Notes: generated by a model from the sequence alone, not told the origin. Counted from the stretch's first letter, positions 1 to 11,412 are shown. The stretch is DNA of 64,000 nt from a bacterium (GCA_963675295.2 CAXXKJ010000002.1:384001-448000), one strand, 5' to 3'. Numbers and translations are program-made.

Positions 1-1115
1 AAAATAGCCCCGGCCACCTGGCGGCGCGAGCGAACGGCACACCCCAACCCGATTCATCACATTCGTCCGAAGTGTCGGAGACCGTTCCCGGCGACCATTT
101 CATGCAGTTGTTCAGCACACGCAATCACCCGGTATTTGTCGACGAACTCCGCGCCCGCCGAACCAAGGTGCTGGACGAACAGGACTGGCGTTGGCTGAAA
201 CAAAGCGGCATCGTCATGCTGCTGCCCTTGCAGGGGTCAAGCCGTGTGATCGGCTTCCTCGCCAGCGGCCGGAAGCAGAATCACGACGATTTCCATCACG
301 AAGAGGTTCACCTTCTTGGCCAGCTCGCCGACCGTGCGGGCCTGGCACTGGAAAACCAGCGGCTGCTGCAGGACAACCTTGACAAGCAGCGCATGGAACA
401 CGACCTGCTGTTCGCGCGGGACGTGCAGATGCGGCTGCTGCCGTTGGATCTACCGAAGGTGGAGGGTCTCGATGTCGCCGCGCGAGTCAGCTTCAGCACC
501 GAGATGGCAGGGGACTACTACGACGTGCTCACACTGCCGGATGGCCGCACAGCGTTCGCAGTCGCGGATGTTTCCGGCAAGGGGGCGGGTGCGGCGCTGC
601 TGATGGCGAATTTGCAGGCGTCCTTCCGCGCGTTCAGCAGCATCGGGCTCGAGCTGGCACGGATGACCGCCGAGATCAACCGCATGATCCACGCGAACAC
701 ATCCGCCGAAGCCTACATCACCTTTTTCGCGTGTGTGTACGACCCACGCGGCCGGGTGCTGACCTACGTTGACGCCGGCCACAACCCGCCAATGTTCCAC
801 CGTCCAGGCGAACCGTTACGCATGCTGGACGAGGGTGGGCTGGTGCTGGGCGTGTTGCCGGATGCGGTCTACGAGGAGCGCACGCTGCAGCTGCAACCCG
901 GCGACCGGCTGTTGATCTACACGGACGGTCTCAGCGAGGCGTCCAACGGCGAGGACGAAGAGTACGGCGACAAACGCGTCGCGGAGTTTTTCCAGTCGCA
1001 GCCGTCCGCGTCCGCCGATCAGACCTTGGACGAGTTGCTCGCGGATGTCCACCGGTTCAGCGGCGGAGGGTCCATGGACGACGACACCACCGCCCTCCTG
1101 ATCCAGGTGACGTAA
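1..1115 (+). CDS. SpoIIE/PP2C (RsbU-like) phosphatase with upstream GAF region, probably 5'-truncated by the window
   Basis: AGDYYD, ADVSGKG, DAGHNPP, YTDGLSE and DDTT motifs; GAF-like segment upstream. Confidence 0.9.
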   Translation, partial: NSPGHLAARANGTPQPDSSHSSEVSETVPGDHFMQLFSTRNHPVFVDELRARRTKVLDEQDWRWLKQSGIVMLLPLQGSSRVIGFLASGRKQNHDDFHHEEVHLLGQLADRAGLALENQRLLQDNLDKQRMEHDLLFARDVQMRLLPLDLPKVEGLDVAARVSFSTEMAGDYYDVLTLPDGRTAFAVADVSGKGAGAALLMANLQASFRAFSSIGLELARMTAEINRMIHANTSAEAYITFFACVYDPRGRVLTYVDAGHNPPMFHRPGEPLRMLDEGGLVLGVLPDAVYEERTLQLQPGDRLLIYTDGLSEASNGEDEEYGDKRVAEFFQSQPSASADQTLDELLADVHRFSGGGSMDDDTTALLIQVT

Positions 1116-1273
1116 CCCTATCCGAATGACGTGCCCCAGACATTCATGTCTGGGATTCGTGAATGGTTCAGGAAATCATCCTGAGCGCAGCGACGTTTTT
1201 TTCTTTTCCTGTCTGTTCCTGTCTTTTGCATCTGTTGCGTCTTTTGCTTCTCTTGCTTCCGTTGCCTGTTTTC

Positions 1274-1789
1274 TCACACTCCCCAGAACTGAATCACCAC
1301 ATCCCGTGTCCGTTGACGGTTGTCCCAATCAACCAGGACAATCTGTTGCCACGTGCCCAGCGTCAACCGTCCCTGGGTGAACGGAACCGTCAATGATGGC
1401 CCGACCGTCGAGGCGCGCACGTGGCTGTGACCGTTCCCGTCGTGCCACGTTTTGTCGTGTTCGTAAGGGATATCACGCGGCATGATCCGGTCGAACGCCG
1501 CAGGGAAATCCTGTTTCAAACCGTGTTCGAATTCGATCGTCGTCAGGGACGCCGTCGAGCCGGGGACAAACAGGACCACCTGTCCGTCGTGCATGCCGAG
1601 GGAATTCAGCAGACGGGTGACTTCCGGCGTCAGGTCGAGCATGTCGCCGTGCCCCTTGCTAGTCACCGGCACGGATCGTGTCGCAATCTGGATCTGTTGC
1701 CCATGCTGCGGGGGGTGCAGGCCGGGGATCGGTGGCGGAACCTGCCCGCCGTCCGGGCCTGGAGGTTTACCGGCTTTGTTCATCGTCAC
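1274..1789 (-). CDS. YjbQ/UPF0047 family protein
   Basis: PGSTASL, YEHD, DGNGHSHVRAS, LGTWQQI motifs. Confidence 0.9.
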   Translation of the reverse strand: MTMNKAGKPPGPDGGQVPPPIPGLHPPQHGQQIQIATRSVPVTSKGHGDMLDLTPEVTRLLNSLGMHDGQVVLFVPGSTASLTTIEFEHGLKQDFPAAFDRIMPRDIPYEHDKTWHDGNGHSHVRASTVGPSLTVPFTQGRLTLGTWQQIVLVDWDNRQRTRDVVIQFWGV

Positions 1790-1835
1790 CTTTCCGGTTG
1801 GTTATCTTCGTCGGATCAGTCCCCAATCAACGAGG

Positions 1836-3512
1836 ATGCAAGTGTTCACCAAGGTACAACAGCGGCTGCATCAATTCGAACGACCGATCGTCGGGATCGC
1901 CCTCACGGTGATCGTGCTATCGCTTGCCGGCCACATCCTCACCGCGCCGCTCGACCATGACGAACACATGTACCTCACCGCCGCCTCGCTGCTGGACGAT
2001 CACAGCATCTACAGCGACTTCAGCTACTTCCAGACACCGTTGATGCCGTATGTCTACAACGCCGCTCTCGCACTCCCCGGCGGCAACTCCATCCTGTTGA
2101 CCGCCAGACTGGTCAAGGTCGCCCTCGCCGCGCTGCTGGTGCTGGCGGTGTACGGCCTGTTGAAACGCCTCACCGCCAGCCGCTGGATCGCGCTGGGGTT
2201 GCTGCTGTTTTTCGTGCACAACGACGTCCTGCGTTTCACCCTCGCTCTCGCACGCAACTATGATCTGCCGCTGTTGCTGACCGTTCTCGCGGTTTGGTTA
2301 CTGGCAACGCCCCCGGCACGGCTCACTCGGTTGCATGCTTTCGCGCCGGTGGTGCTGGCGGGCATGTTGGCCACCCTGTGCGTAGGCTTCAAGCTGACCT
2401 ACGCCGTGGTGCCGCTTGCGTTGGGGGCGGCGTTGCTGGTTTCACATCGGCCACGGATCACCACCCTGAAACAGGTCGGCGGGTTCATCGCCGGAGGCCT
2501 GGTCGGATTGCTCCCGTTGCTGGCGATCTTTCTCGCCACACCTCGCGACCTGTTCCTGTTCAACAACCTCGGCTACCACGACCTCAACACGCTCTGGCGT
2601 CTCGAGCACGAACCCCTCGCCACCATGACCCTCGGCGGCAAACTGACCGCGCTGGCCAGCGAGCTGTCCGACAACAACAGCCTCGCGTTGCTGCTGGTCA
2701 TCTTGACGGCTGGCATACTGCTCAGCCTTCGCGTCAGACAGGATGCCCGCGGGGCAGAAGGTGCTGCTGCGGCTCATCCGTCTGCCGAACGTACCGACAA
2801 TCTTGCCCGTGTTGGCTCAGCCAACGCGGTTCACCCGTCCGCCGAATCAACCGACAATCTTGCCCGCGCTGGCTCGGTCAACGCGACTCATCCACCGTTG
2901 ATCATCCCGTTGGTCCTCGCCGGCCTGACGATGGTCCTGGTCCCGACACCTTCCCTGACCAGCTATAACTCCCTGTTGATCGTCTCGCTGGTCCTCGCCG
3001 CTGCGATGCTGTTCAGCCGCCTCAACGGGCGCTCCCGTCGTTACACCGGCACCGCGATCCTCCTCATCGCCGCCGTGATGATCGTCTCCAACCTTCCCCG
3101 CGATTGGCGCAACCTCGCGGCAGTTGCTCAACCAGACCGTTGGACCGGCGTTCAGCTCCACCGTCAGGCACGGGCGTTACACGACCAAATCCCACCCGGC
3201 GAACGGGACAAACCGGTCTTTACCTTATCGCCGTTGTACGCCCTTGAGGCCGGGTTGCCGGTCTATCCCGAGCTGTCGGCGGGAGTCTTCGGCTATCGCG
3301 TCGCGGAGTATCTGTCTGAGCAGGATGCCGAAGGCTTTCGCCTCGTATCTCCGCTCACAGTTGACAGTTTCCTGAATAGGACTCCGCCATCCTTGCTGCT
3401 GACTGGTTTCGAGGGAGAACTAGAGAGGGGAATTGACGAGTGGGCGACATCGCACGGCTACGTGGAGAACCGCACCTTGATCCCCGCCGCAACGATCTAC
3501 CTCGCACCGTAG
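1836..3512 (+). CDS. Polytopic membrane glycosyltransferase (GT-C/ArnT-like)
   Basis: DHDEHMY and YSDF..QTP loop followed by many TM helices; start moved to ATG 1836 because the longer ORF overlaps yjbQ. Confidence 0.7.
   Translation: MQVFTKVQQRLHQFERPIVGIALTVIVLSLAGHILTAPLDHDEHMYLTAASLLDDHSIYSDFSYFQTPLMPYVYNAALALPGGNSILLTARLVKVALAALLVLAVYGLLKRLTASRWIALGLLLFFVHNDVLRFTLALARNYDLPLLLTVLAVWLLATPPARLTRLHAFAPVVLAGMLATLCVGFKLTYAVVPLALGAALLVSHRPRITTLKQVGGFIAGGLVGLLPLLAIFLATPRDLFLFNNLGYHDLNTLWRLEHEPLATMTLGGKLTALASELSDNNSLALLLVILTAGILLSLRVRQDARGAEGAAAAHPSAERTDNLARVGSANAVHPSAESTDNLARAGSVNATHPPLIIPLVLAGLTMVLVPTPSLTSYNSLLIVSLVLAAAMLFSRLNGRSRRYTGTAILLIAAVMIVSNLPRDWRNLAAVAQPDRWTGVQLHRQARALHDQIPPGERDKPVFTLSPLYALEAGLPVYPELSAGVFGYRVAEYLSEQDAEGFRLVSPLTVDSFLNRTPPSLLLTGFEGELERGIDEWATSHGYVENRTLIPAATIYLAP
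2742..2896 (+). repeat. In-frame REP-like insertion including two 57-bp tandem units
   Basis: 2769-2825 and 2826-2882 are near-identical and match intergenic hairpins at 3570, 10567 and 41887. Confidence 0.85.
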
Positions 3513-3515
3513 CTA

Positions 3516-3770
3516 CGTGCCCCTGATGGCTCCGCCAGCAGGGCTTATCCGCCGGTCATCGAATCGATTCTTGCCCGTGTTGGCTCTGACAACGCGGTTT
3601 ATCCGTCTGCTGAGTACACAACGGTAAACCATGCCCGCGACATTCATGTCTGGATTGGTAGGGTGGCCCGGAGCTTTAGACTCGGGTCTCACATGAAATA
3701 ATAAGAAACCCGGGTTTGAAAACCCGGGCCTCCCAAGTTCTTGTCCGTGTTGGCTTTGCCAACGCGTGTT
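3516..3770. repeat. Cluster of REP-like palindromes
   Basis: GTGCCCCTGATGGCTCCGCCAGCAGGGC, CTTGCCCGTGTTGGCTCTGACAACGCGG and GACATTCATGTC, all recurring elsewhere in the window. Confidence 0.85.
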
Positions 3771-3790
3771 TTCATGAATACCTATCGGGC

Positions 3791-5461
3791 TTACTCCCCC
3801 CACGGTTCATCCCTCGGAATCACCAGCCCGTTCTTCTTCGCCGTGTCGCGCGCGATATCGTAGCCGGCGTCGGCGTGACGGATGACGCCGATCCCCGGAT
3901 CGTTGGTCAGGACGCGCAGCAAACGGCTCGCCGCCGCGGGCGAACCGTCCGCGACAATCACCTGCCCGGCGTGGAGGGCGTAGCCCATGCCGACCCCGCC
4001 GCCGTGGTGGAACGACACCCAGCTCGCGCCGGAGGCGGTGTTCAGCAACGCGTTCAGGATCGGCCAATCGGCGACTGCGTCGGTGCCGTCCTTCATCGCT
4101 TCGGTTTCACGGTTCGGGCTGGCGACGGAGCCTGTATCCAAATGGTCGCGTCCGATCACAATCGGCGCGCTGACCTTGCCGGTGCGTACCAGTTCGTTGA
4201 ACAGCAGGCCGGCTTTCGCACGGTCACCTTGTCCCAGCCAGCAGATCCGGCACGGCAGCCCTTGGAAGTGGACTTTTTCCTGCGCCATGTCGATCCAGCG
4301 GTTCAACGCTTCGTCGTGCGGGAACAGTTCCTTGATCGCGGCGTCGGTGGTGTGGATGTCCTTCGGGTCGCCGGAGATCGCGCACCAGCGGAACGGGCCT
4401 TTGCCTTCGCAGAACAGGTCCCGGATGTACGCCGGCACAAACCCTGGGAACGCGAACGCTTCTTCGTAGCCCATCCGTTCCGCCTGCCCGCGCAGATTGT
4501 TGCCGTAGTCAAATGCCACCGCGCCCTGCTTCTGCATCTCGACCATCGCCCGGCAATGGACCACCATCGACTCCATCGCCCGCTTCTTGTACTCGACGGA
4601 ATCGCTTTCCCGGAGCTTCAATGCGTCTTCGTACGGCATCCCGTGCGGGACGTAGCCGTACAGCTCGTCGTGCGCGGAGGTCTGGTCGGTGACGATATCC
4701 GGGATGAAGCCCTTGTCCAGCATTTCCGGCAACACGTCGGCGCAATTCCCGAGCAGCCCGATGCTCAGCGGCTTACCGGCGGCTTTCGCTTCCTGCGCCA
4801 GCTTGATCGCTTCGTCAACGCTGTCGGTGGACGTATCCATGTACTTGTGATCGATCCGCCGCTGGATCCGGGCCGGGTCGACTTCGACGCAAATCGCCAC
4901 ACCTTCGTTGAACGTGACCGCCAACGGCTGCGCGCCACCCATCCCGCCGAGGCCGCCGGTGAGGGTGATCGTGCCCTGCAGCGACGGCTTGTTCCAGTGC
5001 TTCTTTGCCAGCGCGGCGAAGGTTTCGTACGTGCCCTGCAGAATGCCCTGCGTGCCGATGTAGATCCACGAGCCCGCCGTCATCTGGCCGTACATCATCA
5101 GGCCCTTTTTCTCGAGCTCGTCGAAGTGTTCCCAGTTCGCCCAGCGTCCGACGAGGTTCGAGTTGGCGATCAGCACCCGCGGTGCGTGTTCATGCGTCGT
5201 GAACACACCCACCGGTCGCCCGGACTGGACGAGCAGCGTCTGGTCGTTTTCGAGGCGTTCCAGTTCCCGGATGATGTAGTTGACATCGTCCCACGTGCGC
5301 GCCGCTTTCCCACGTCCGCCGTAGACAATCAGCTGTTCCGGCAGTTCGGCGTTGTCCGGCATCAGGTTGTGCAGCAGCATCCGTTTCGCGGCTTCCTGGA
5401 TCCAGCCTTTGCAGGTTCGCGTGGTTCCGGTGGGGGCGGTGACAGGGTGTTGGTAACGCAT
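3791..5461 (-). CDS. hutU: Urocanate hydratase
   Basis: [44 protein letters not shown]. Confidence 0.97.
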   Translation of the reverse strand: MRYQHPVTAPTGTTRTCKGWIQEAAKRMLLHNLMPDNAELPEQLIVYGGRGKAARTWDDVNYIIRELERLENDQTLLVQSGRPVGVFTTHEHAPRVLIANSNLVGRWANWEHFDELEKKGLMMYGQMTAGSWIYIGTQGILQGTYETFAALAKKHWNKPSLQGTITLTGGLGGMGGAQPLAVTFNEGVAICVEVDPARIQRRIDHKYMDTSTDSVDEAIKLAQEAKAAGKPLSIGLLGNCADVLPEMLDKGFIPDIVTDQTSAHDELYGYVPHGMPYEDALKLRESDSVEYKKRAMESMVVHCRAMVEMQKQGAVAFDYGNNLRGQAERMGYEEAFAFPGFVPAYIRDLFCEGKGPFRWCAISGDPKDIHTTDAAIKELFPHDEALNRWIDMAQEKVHFQGLPCRICWLGQGDRAKAGLLFNELVRTGKVSAPIVIGRDHLDTGSVASPNRETEAMKDGTDAVADWPILNALLNTASGASWVSFHHGGGVGMGYALHAGQVIVADGSPAAASRLLRVLTNDPGIGVIRHADAGYDIARDTAKKNGLVIPRDEPWGE

Positions 5462-5873
5462 GGCGACGGCCTCATGGTTTGCGCGGAACAATGGGCGATT
5501 GGGACACTTACTCCCGTAAGTGTCCCTGAGGGTTGGTTCTACGGGACACGTTGGGGACAAGGCGTCCTTGTTGGATCGGGTCCATTCCGCGCGTGATTGT
5601 TGTGAAGTTGATCGCAAGGTAGGGAGTGAAGGATAGGGCGGCAAGAGAACGGGAAACCTCCCGTCGTTACCACAGCAGGAAATCTCGTTTCATGGAATCC
5701 GAACAGTGGAACTGTTTGGTTATCGAGTGGTGCAAAAAGGTAGGTAATAGATAAATGAGAGGCTCGGTATTGACTTATCAAAAGAATTATTTTATGATTA
5801 AGACAGTGTTGGATGTGTTTTCTGAGGCCAATCATATGGCTTCTGGAGCACTCTGCTCTCTCAAGTTGATTGG

Positions 5874-5902
5874 TTGACAATGCTTGGCCATTAGGATATA
5901 TT
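5874..5902 (+). promoter_or_regulatory. Sigma70-type promoter
   Basis: TTGACA-17 nt-TATATT. Confidence 0.8.
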
Positions 5903-5908
5903 CAGCTG

Positions 5909-5966
5909 ATAGCAAACCTGCCAGGCCTCTGCCGTAAGGCATGCACACTTGGTGGGTCTTTTTTTT
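5909..5966 (+). ncRNA. Candidate AbiF-associated structured RNA (antitoxin or attenuator)
   Basis: ACCUGCCAGG/CUUGGUGGGU stem with 3 G-U pairs, inner UGCC-GUAA-GGCA hairpin, U8 tract; lies between the promoter and the Abi gene. Confidence 0.65.
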
Positions 5967-5982
5967 CCGAATTGTGAAGGTG

Positions 5983-6933
5983 ATGGGGGGTATCGCCTTG
6001 AACAATGGTGTCGCGGGTTCTGTTGGCTCGGAAACTTTGCTGCAGGTGAATGATCAGGCCGATCTGCTACTGCAGCGGGGGATGGTTGCTAACCCATCAA
6101 CCCTGATCCAACGCCTTGAAGTTGTCAGTTATTACCGTCTACGTGCCTGTTGGCACCCCTACCTGCAGCCGATCAACACGTCCGATCCTCAACGGAACCG
6201 TCCCTTCAAACCGGGTACAAGCTTCACTGAAGTTTGGACACGCTATGTCTTTGACCGGCATCTGCGTTTGATGGCGATTGACGCTATCGAGCGAGTGGAA
6301 GTTGCGTTGCGCAGCTCTCTCGCCCGCACACATGGCGAAAAGTATGGCGCGCTCGGGTACACACGTCCCTCTCGCTCTCTTCCGAACATGCCGCCGAAGT
6401 ATCGCAGGAAATTTCTCAAGGATATCCGGCGCGAATTTCAGCGCAGCCGAAACCCCTACGTTCAAATGGCAGCGAAAGAAAATGTGCATCCACCGGTCTG
6501 GATGGCGGTTGAGCTGATGAGTCTGGGTACGTTACTCAGCTTTTACAAGGGATTGACCAACAAGATGCAGCGCAAGGTGGCGGAGAAGTTCGGCGTTCAT
6601 CACGTTGTGCTGGAATCCTGGCTGACATCGTTGCTCACGGTACGCAACATCTGTGCGCACCATGGCAGGTTGTGGAACAGCGTTATGGGTACCCGGCCGA
6701 TGATCCCGAAAAAAGCAACCGAGTGGCATCTTCCGGTTGAAACCGATACCGACCGGGTTTTCTCGATCTTCACCATCCTGAAGTACTTGATGAACCGTGT
6801 TGCTCCGCAGAGTCACTGGCCATCCCGATTTTCCGGCCTGCTCCGGAAATACCCGTCAATTCCACTTGGCAGCATGGGATTCCCATCCGACTGGAAACGT
6901 TGTCCAATCTGGGCATACAAGAAAGCCGCGTAG
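5983..6933 (+). CDS. Abi family (AbiD/AbiF) HEPN RNase; start uncertain
   Basis: QADLLLQRGM, VSYYRL, Y.FDRHLR..IERVEVALR, PPVWMAVELMSLG, RNICAHHGRLWN (Rx4H intact). Confidence 0.9.
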   Translation: MGGIALNNGVAGSVGSETLLQVNDQADLLLQRGMVANPSTLIQRLEVVSYYRLRACWHPYLQPINTSDPQRNRPFKPGTSFTEVWTRYVFDRHLRLMAIDAIERVEVALRSSLARTHGEKYGALGYTRPSRSLPNMPPKYRRKFLKDIRREFQRSRNPYVQMAAKENVHPPVWMAVELMSLGTLLSFYKGLTNKMQRKVAEKFGVHHVVLESWLTSLLTVRNICAHHGRLWNSVMGTRPMIPKKATEWHLPVETDTDRVFSIFTILKYLMNRVAPQSHWPSRFSGLLRKYPSIPLGSMGFPSDWKRCPIWAYKKAA

Positions 6934-7039
6934 TCGCATCTCAAAAATGCCCCTGTGAACCGGCGTCAGCCGAATCGCAGGGGTCATTCGAGAGATCAAT
7001 ATCAACCAATATGTCACCGCCCCGGTCCTCACCTCCCGC

Positions 7040-7079
7040 GAGACCAGAGACGAGAGACTAGAGACGAGGGACGAGAGAC
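7040..7079. repeat. 7-bp tandem repeat (GAGACNA)
   Basis: GAGACCA GAGACGA GAGACTA GAGACGA GGGACGA. Confidence 0.85.
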
Positions 7080-7084
7080 TGTCC

Positions 7085-10000
7085 CTACTTCATCAACACC
7101 ACCCGTCGTGTCGCCGTGAAGTCGTCGGCCTGCATCCGCACGAAGTACACGCCGGACGCGGTCTTGTCACCGTTCCACACCACCTGGTGCGCGCCGCCGT
7201 TAACCGGTTCATTCAGCAACGTCGCCACTTCACGTCCGAGCACGTCAAACACCGCGATCTTCACCTGTGCCCGGTGCGGCAGCATGAACGGCACCACGGT
7301 GCTCGGGTTGAACGGGTTCGGATACGCCGGTTGCAGGCTCCACGCCAGCGGCACCTTCGCGGAGGACGGTTCACCCATCCCTGTCGTCATGTCGTGAATC
7401 CGCATCGCGTAGACATCATCGCCGGGTGCATACCCCAGCCGTCCTCGATAGTCATTCCACACAGCGAGCATGCCGCCGAAACCGTCCGGCGCGATTACGA
7501 GATCTTCCCGTTCATACGGCGCATCACTGAAGATCAGCCCTTCCGTATTGTAGTCGGGGCTGGCGAACGATCCGTCATGCTTGAGATGCACATACCGCAT
7601 CTCCATGTCGTCCCAGGTATACCCGTCGACACACATCCACGTCGCGTAGACACCACCTTCGCCATCCGGACACAGCAGGTTGTACCAGTGATAGTCAGTG
7701 TTCGAATTCAGTTCGATTGGGTCCCCAACAACCTGACCCGTCTGAATATCCATCACCTGCACGACCTCGCCATAGCTGCCATTCTGGCGCGCGCACCAGA
7801 ACGTGTTTGCGTCACGCGGCGCAATTCCCGGCCGCACGGTGATCGGTTCCAGATCCAGCGGCGCGTCCGGATACAGCAGGTCGCCGTTTGCATCAATGCC
7901 TTGCAGGTAATACACCGCATTCCGGTTCGAGTCGTTCGAACAGATGATGGTTAAGACGGTGTCACCCTGAATGATGGTTTCGAAAGTGTCAAGGTCTTCG
8001 CAGGCATACAGATCGGCGAGTACAACCGGTTCCGGCCACAGGGTTTCGCCGGCTTCGTTCACGGCGACCGCATAGAGGGGACGGCTGGCGTCCGTACCAC
8101 AGTGATAAAACACCATCTTCGTGCCGTCATCCATGCGGACAGCTCCGTCGATGTTGCTGTAGTATTCCGTTTCCGCCAACTGGACTCCCTGCGGATCGGC
8201 GAGGGTCGACTGTCCGTTACCGTCGTAGTGGTTGAACCACACTCCGTTGATATCATCCATATCATCTAAATCGAAGAAGACGGAAAGACCACCCTGACCA
8301 TCGGGCAGCAGTACCATTGGCAGACCATGCCCGAAAATATTGTGGTCGGCGTCATACACAGTAAGCCCTTCTTCGCCCCACAGCAGGTTGCCAGCGGCAT
8401 CCACACGCTGCACGCGTGACCGTTGCCCACCTTCCCAACCAGTGGTATACCGCTCATACCAGCTCGCAAAGGCCCCGCCGGTTCCATCCGGTTGAATGTC
8501 AAGAGTAAAACAATCGACACTTATACTGTCATACTGAGCATTTTCCAGGCCGGGCGCGATGTGAATACCATGATCCGTCCACATCGTTTCCCCGCTGATC
8601 AGGTCGATCCGCTGCATGTACGGCCGATCGCCGCGATCCAGGTGACGCCTGTCATTCCACAACGTATACGCACTGTTGCCCGAGCTGATGATCTGGGGCT
8701 CACGTGTATTTCCCGCAAATCCTTCGACCACTGTCTGCTGTGTATCAACCATTTGCCCAGTGGTCAGACTGAAGCTGTTCGTATACAGCCCCTCAATTCC
8801 CGGCGCTTGCACCATGTATGCCGCCCGCAGCACATCGTCGTCCTGTAGCATGTAGCGGCCGGGATAGGTGTACAGGTCGTCAATTACGTCATCGACCGTC
8901 CACACCGTCGCGCCGTCATCGGCGAGACGTAGCAACTGTGTCTGATTGACAATGCGGTTCCCACCAGCATACTCCGGCCGGGTCCACAAAACGACAGCTC
9001 CGCCGTCCACCAGCGGCAATACACTGCCGGTGCTGAACCGGATACAGTCATCATCCTCGATCTGCAGCCCCGCGGTACCGTTCCAGTCAAGCACCAGGTC
9101 ATCGTTGACCAGCCGCATTCGCTGCATGAACAGCGGGTTTTTGCTACCCTCAGGTCCGGAATGATACAGCATGTACCAGGTCTGATCATCCGCCTTGAAA
9201 ATCTCCTGATCTTTTTCCCGGCCGTCACCTTCAGCGACAACCACTTCGTCCACCCCCCAGGCAAGCGTCCCGTCAGCGAGGATGTGCTGCGCGAAGATGT
9301 CGTCAAAGTTAGGCACGGTTTCCTGGGTGTACGTCACCAGCGCGCCACCCTCGCCGTCGGCGCTGACCGACAGATCCAGGTGTTCCCAGTCGCCGGTTTG
9401 CGCAATCAGCAGATACGAGTCGTCATCACCCCACAACACCTGCCCGTCCGGCGCGATCCGCGTGCAATACAACTCGTCCGTATCATCGCTCAGCCAGAAC
9501 AGGAGCAAGCCATTGTGCTCGTCTGACCTCATGTCCAACAGGTATTCGCGCTGAGTTCCAGCTGTGGTGAAAACAACGCCGTGCCGTCGGCGTCGAATTT
9601 CTGTACGCCCTGATATTGATTACGCACCGTCCACACGGCGTAGAATTCGTCGTCGCCGGCAGGAATCAGCTTGAAGTTGTAGGCCTGTACGACCTCATCC
9701 GCAGCCGGGATACCGTTGCTATCCCACAGCAGGTTGCCATTGGCGTCCAGCCGTTGCATGTACAGTTCGCCGTAGTCGGATTTCCCGCTTCCGAAGGTGT
9801 TGTAATCGCGCCACGCGACCACCCAGCCATCGAGGAATGGGATGATCGTCGGGCTGTCCTGGGCGTAATTGTCGGACGTCACCTGCACGCCGCCGTCACC
9901 CCAAAGCGGGTTGCCGTCGGAATCGTAGGCTTGCACGTACACATTCTGCACCTGCGTGTGCGCGTCCGACCACGCAATCGCGTAGCTGCCGTCGGCCTTT

Positions 10001-10155
10001 TCGGCGACACCGCTGTCCAGCCAGCGAATGTGCGGCGATTGACGGACCTCGACACCGGTTTCCGGCGACCAGACGGTGAAGTTTGCGGAAGCGGAACAAA
10101 TGGTAAGTAGAACAGCGAGGAACACCAGGACGGGTAAACGGTTCACAGTCAGCAT
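7085..10155 (-). CDS. Large secreted beta-propeller-like protein with C-terminal sorting domain; frameshift near 9540
   Basis: Signal peptide in 9529-10155; repeated DG.GGA..W.D and QR.D..G..LWG motifs in both halves; YPNPFNPST C-terminal domain. Confidence 0.8.
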
Positions 10156-10419
10156 CTCACATCCCCCGAGTGTTGTGACATAGATAGATTCGCTTTGTCG
10201 TCCGGCACGCGATTCGAACGGCATACCGCCCGTACAGTGACGAATCTTGAAGTTATGGTGTGTCAAAAAATACAAACAAAGGTACGGACACTGTTTTCCA
10301 CGTATCAAGCGATCAGTCACAAATCGTCAGGAATATCACCGGTTTTGCTCCCGGGAGCCGGGGAAAGAGATCGGTTGAATTGGGAGATTCCTGGTGCTTG
10401 GGGGAAGGTGAAATGGCTG

Positions 10420-10600
10420 TATGCCCCGACCAGCTTGCTGGTCGGGCATATCCGCAGGCTTCAATCATGTGGTGTGTCATCCCCCACGATATTCATGTCT
10501 GGGATGAACGCCGGTAGCATGTGCCCCTGATGGCTCCGCCAGCAGGGCTGATCCGCAGGATGGAATCTTGCCCGTGTTGGCTCCGACAACGCGGGTCAAC
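10420..10600. repeat. REP-like palindrome cluster
   Basis: Four different hairpin families in tandem. Confidence 0.8.
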
Positions 10601-10738
10601 CGCACCCGATCCAGCCTCCACACCACCTCTCCGGGATCATCCGTGTCCGATCTCAAGTATCACCGTCAGATTCGAGCTTGCGCGCCACATTGATACGTCC
10701 GACCTTCCAGTCATCACCAACCGGGGGACCCAACCGCC

Positions 10739-11395
10739 ATGCGCACCCTGACCGTCGTACTCTTCCTCCTCATCGCGACCATTTCCGCCCACGCCGAAGA
10801 CTCCTGGCGATCCCTCGTCAACGATCAGATCAAGCACGCGCGCACCGTGATGCGCACCGACACGGTCACCGTCCTCACCATCAACATCATGCTGGAGAAG
10901 GACGGGGAGGAGAAGGAGCGCGACACCACCCGTACCCGTGTCTACTTCGAGGGCGGCGACCAGATCATTGACCAGCTCGCGCCGGACGGATCCATCACCG
11001 ACACGAAACGCGAACCCCGCCCGGACGGCTACGTCCCGCAGTCGGGCGTGCTGTCCATGTTCGACGTCGAAAACGCGGACGTGTTCACGTTAACCGAACA
11101 GGGCCACGACGCGGACGGCTACCTGATCGTCGACTTTGCCCCCCACGAACCAGCGGACAGCCTGTTCACCGGCACGGCGTACATCGACACCAGCGCGTGG
11201 TTTCCGGCCCGGATGGAGATGACCCTCAGCGAGCTGCCGGACAAGGTGAAGGAGATGGACATGGTGGCATACTTTGGCCCCGGCGCGGACGGTGTCTTCC
11301 GCCCACAGTCGATGACCGCCGACGGCCGCGCGAAATGGCTCTTGCTGACCTTCTACTTCCGCACCGAAACCCAGTACAGCTGGTCACAACGATAG
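10739..11395 (+). CDS. Exported hypothetical protein (beta-rich, possibly LolA-like)
   Basis: Signal peptide; FTGTAYIDT..W.PAR pattern. Confidence 0.6.
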   Translation: MRTLTVVLFLLIATISAHAEDSWRSLVNDQIKHARTVMRTDTVTVLTINIMLEKDGEEKERDTTRTRVYFEGGDQIIDQLAPDGSITDTKREPRPDGYVPQSGVLSMFDVENADVFTLTEQGHDADGYLIVDFAPHEPADSLFTGTAYIDTSAWFPARMEMTLSELPDKVKEMDMVAYFGPGADGVFRPQSMTADGRAKWLLLTFYFRTETQYSWSQR

Positions 11396-11412
11396 CATAC
11401 GTGGAGTTTACG

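Noticed and set aside
3716-5596. 626-aa plus-strand ORF and similar long shadow ORFs (13186, 18732, 44550, 61136)
   Set aside because: They are antisense or alternative frames of conserved high-GC genes and show no motifs
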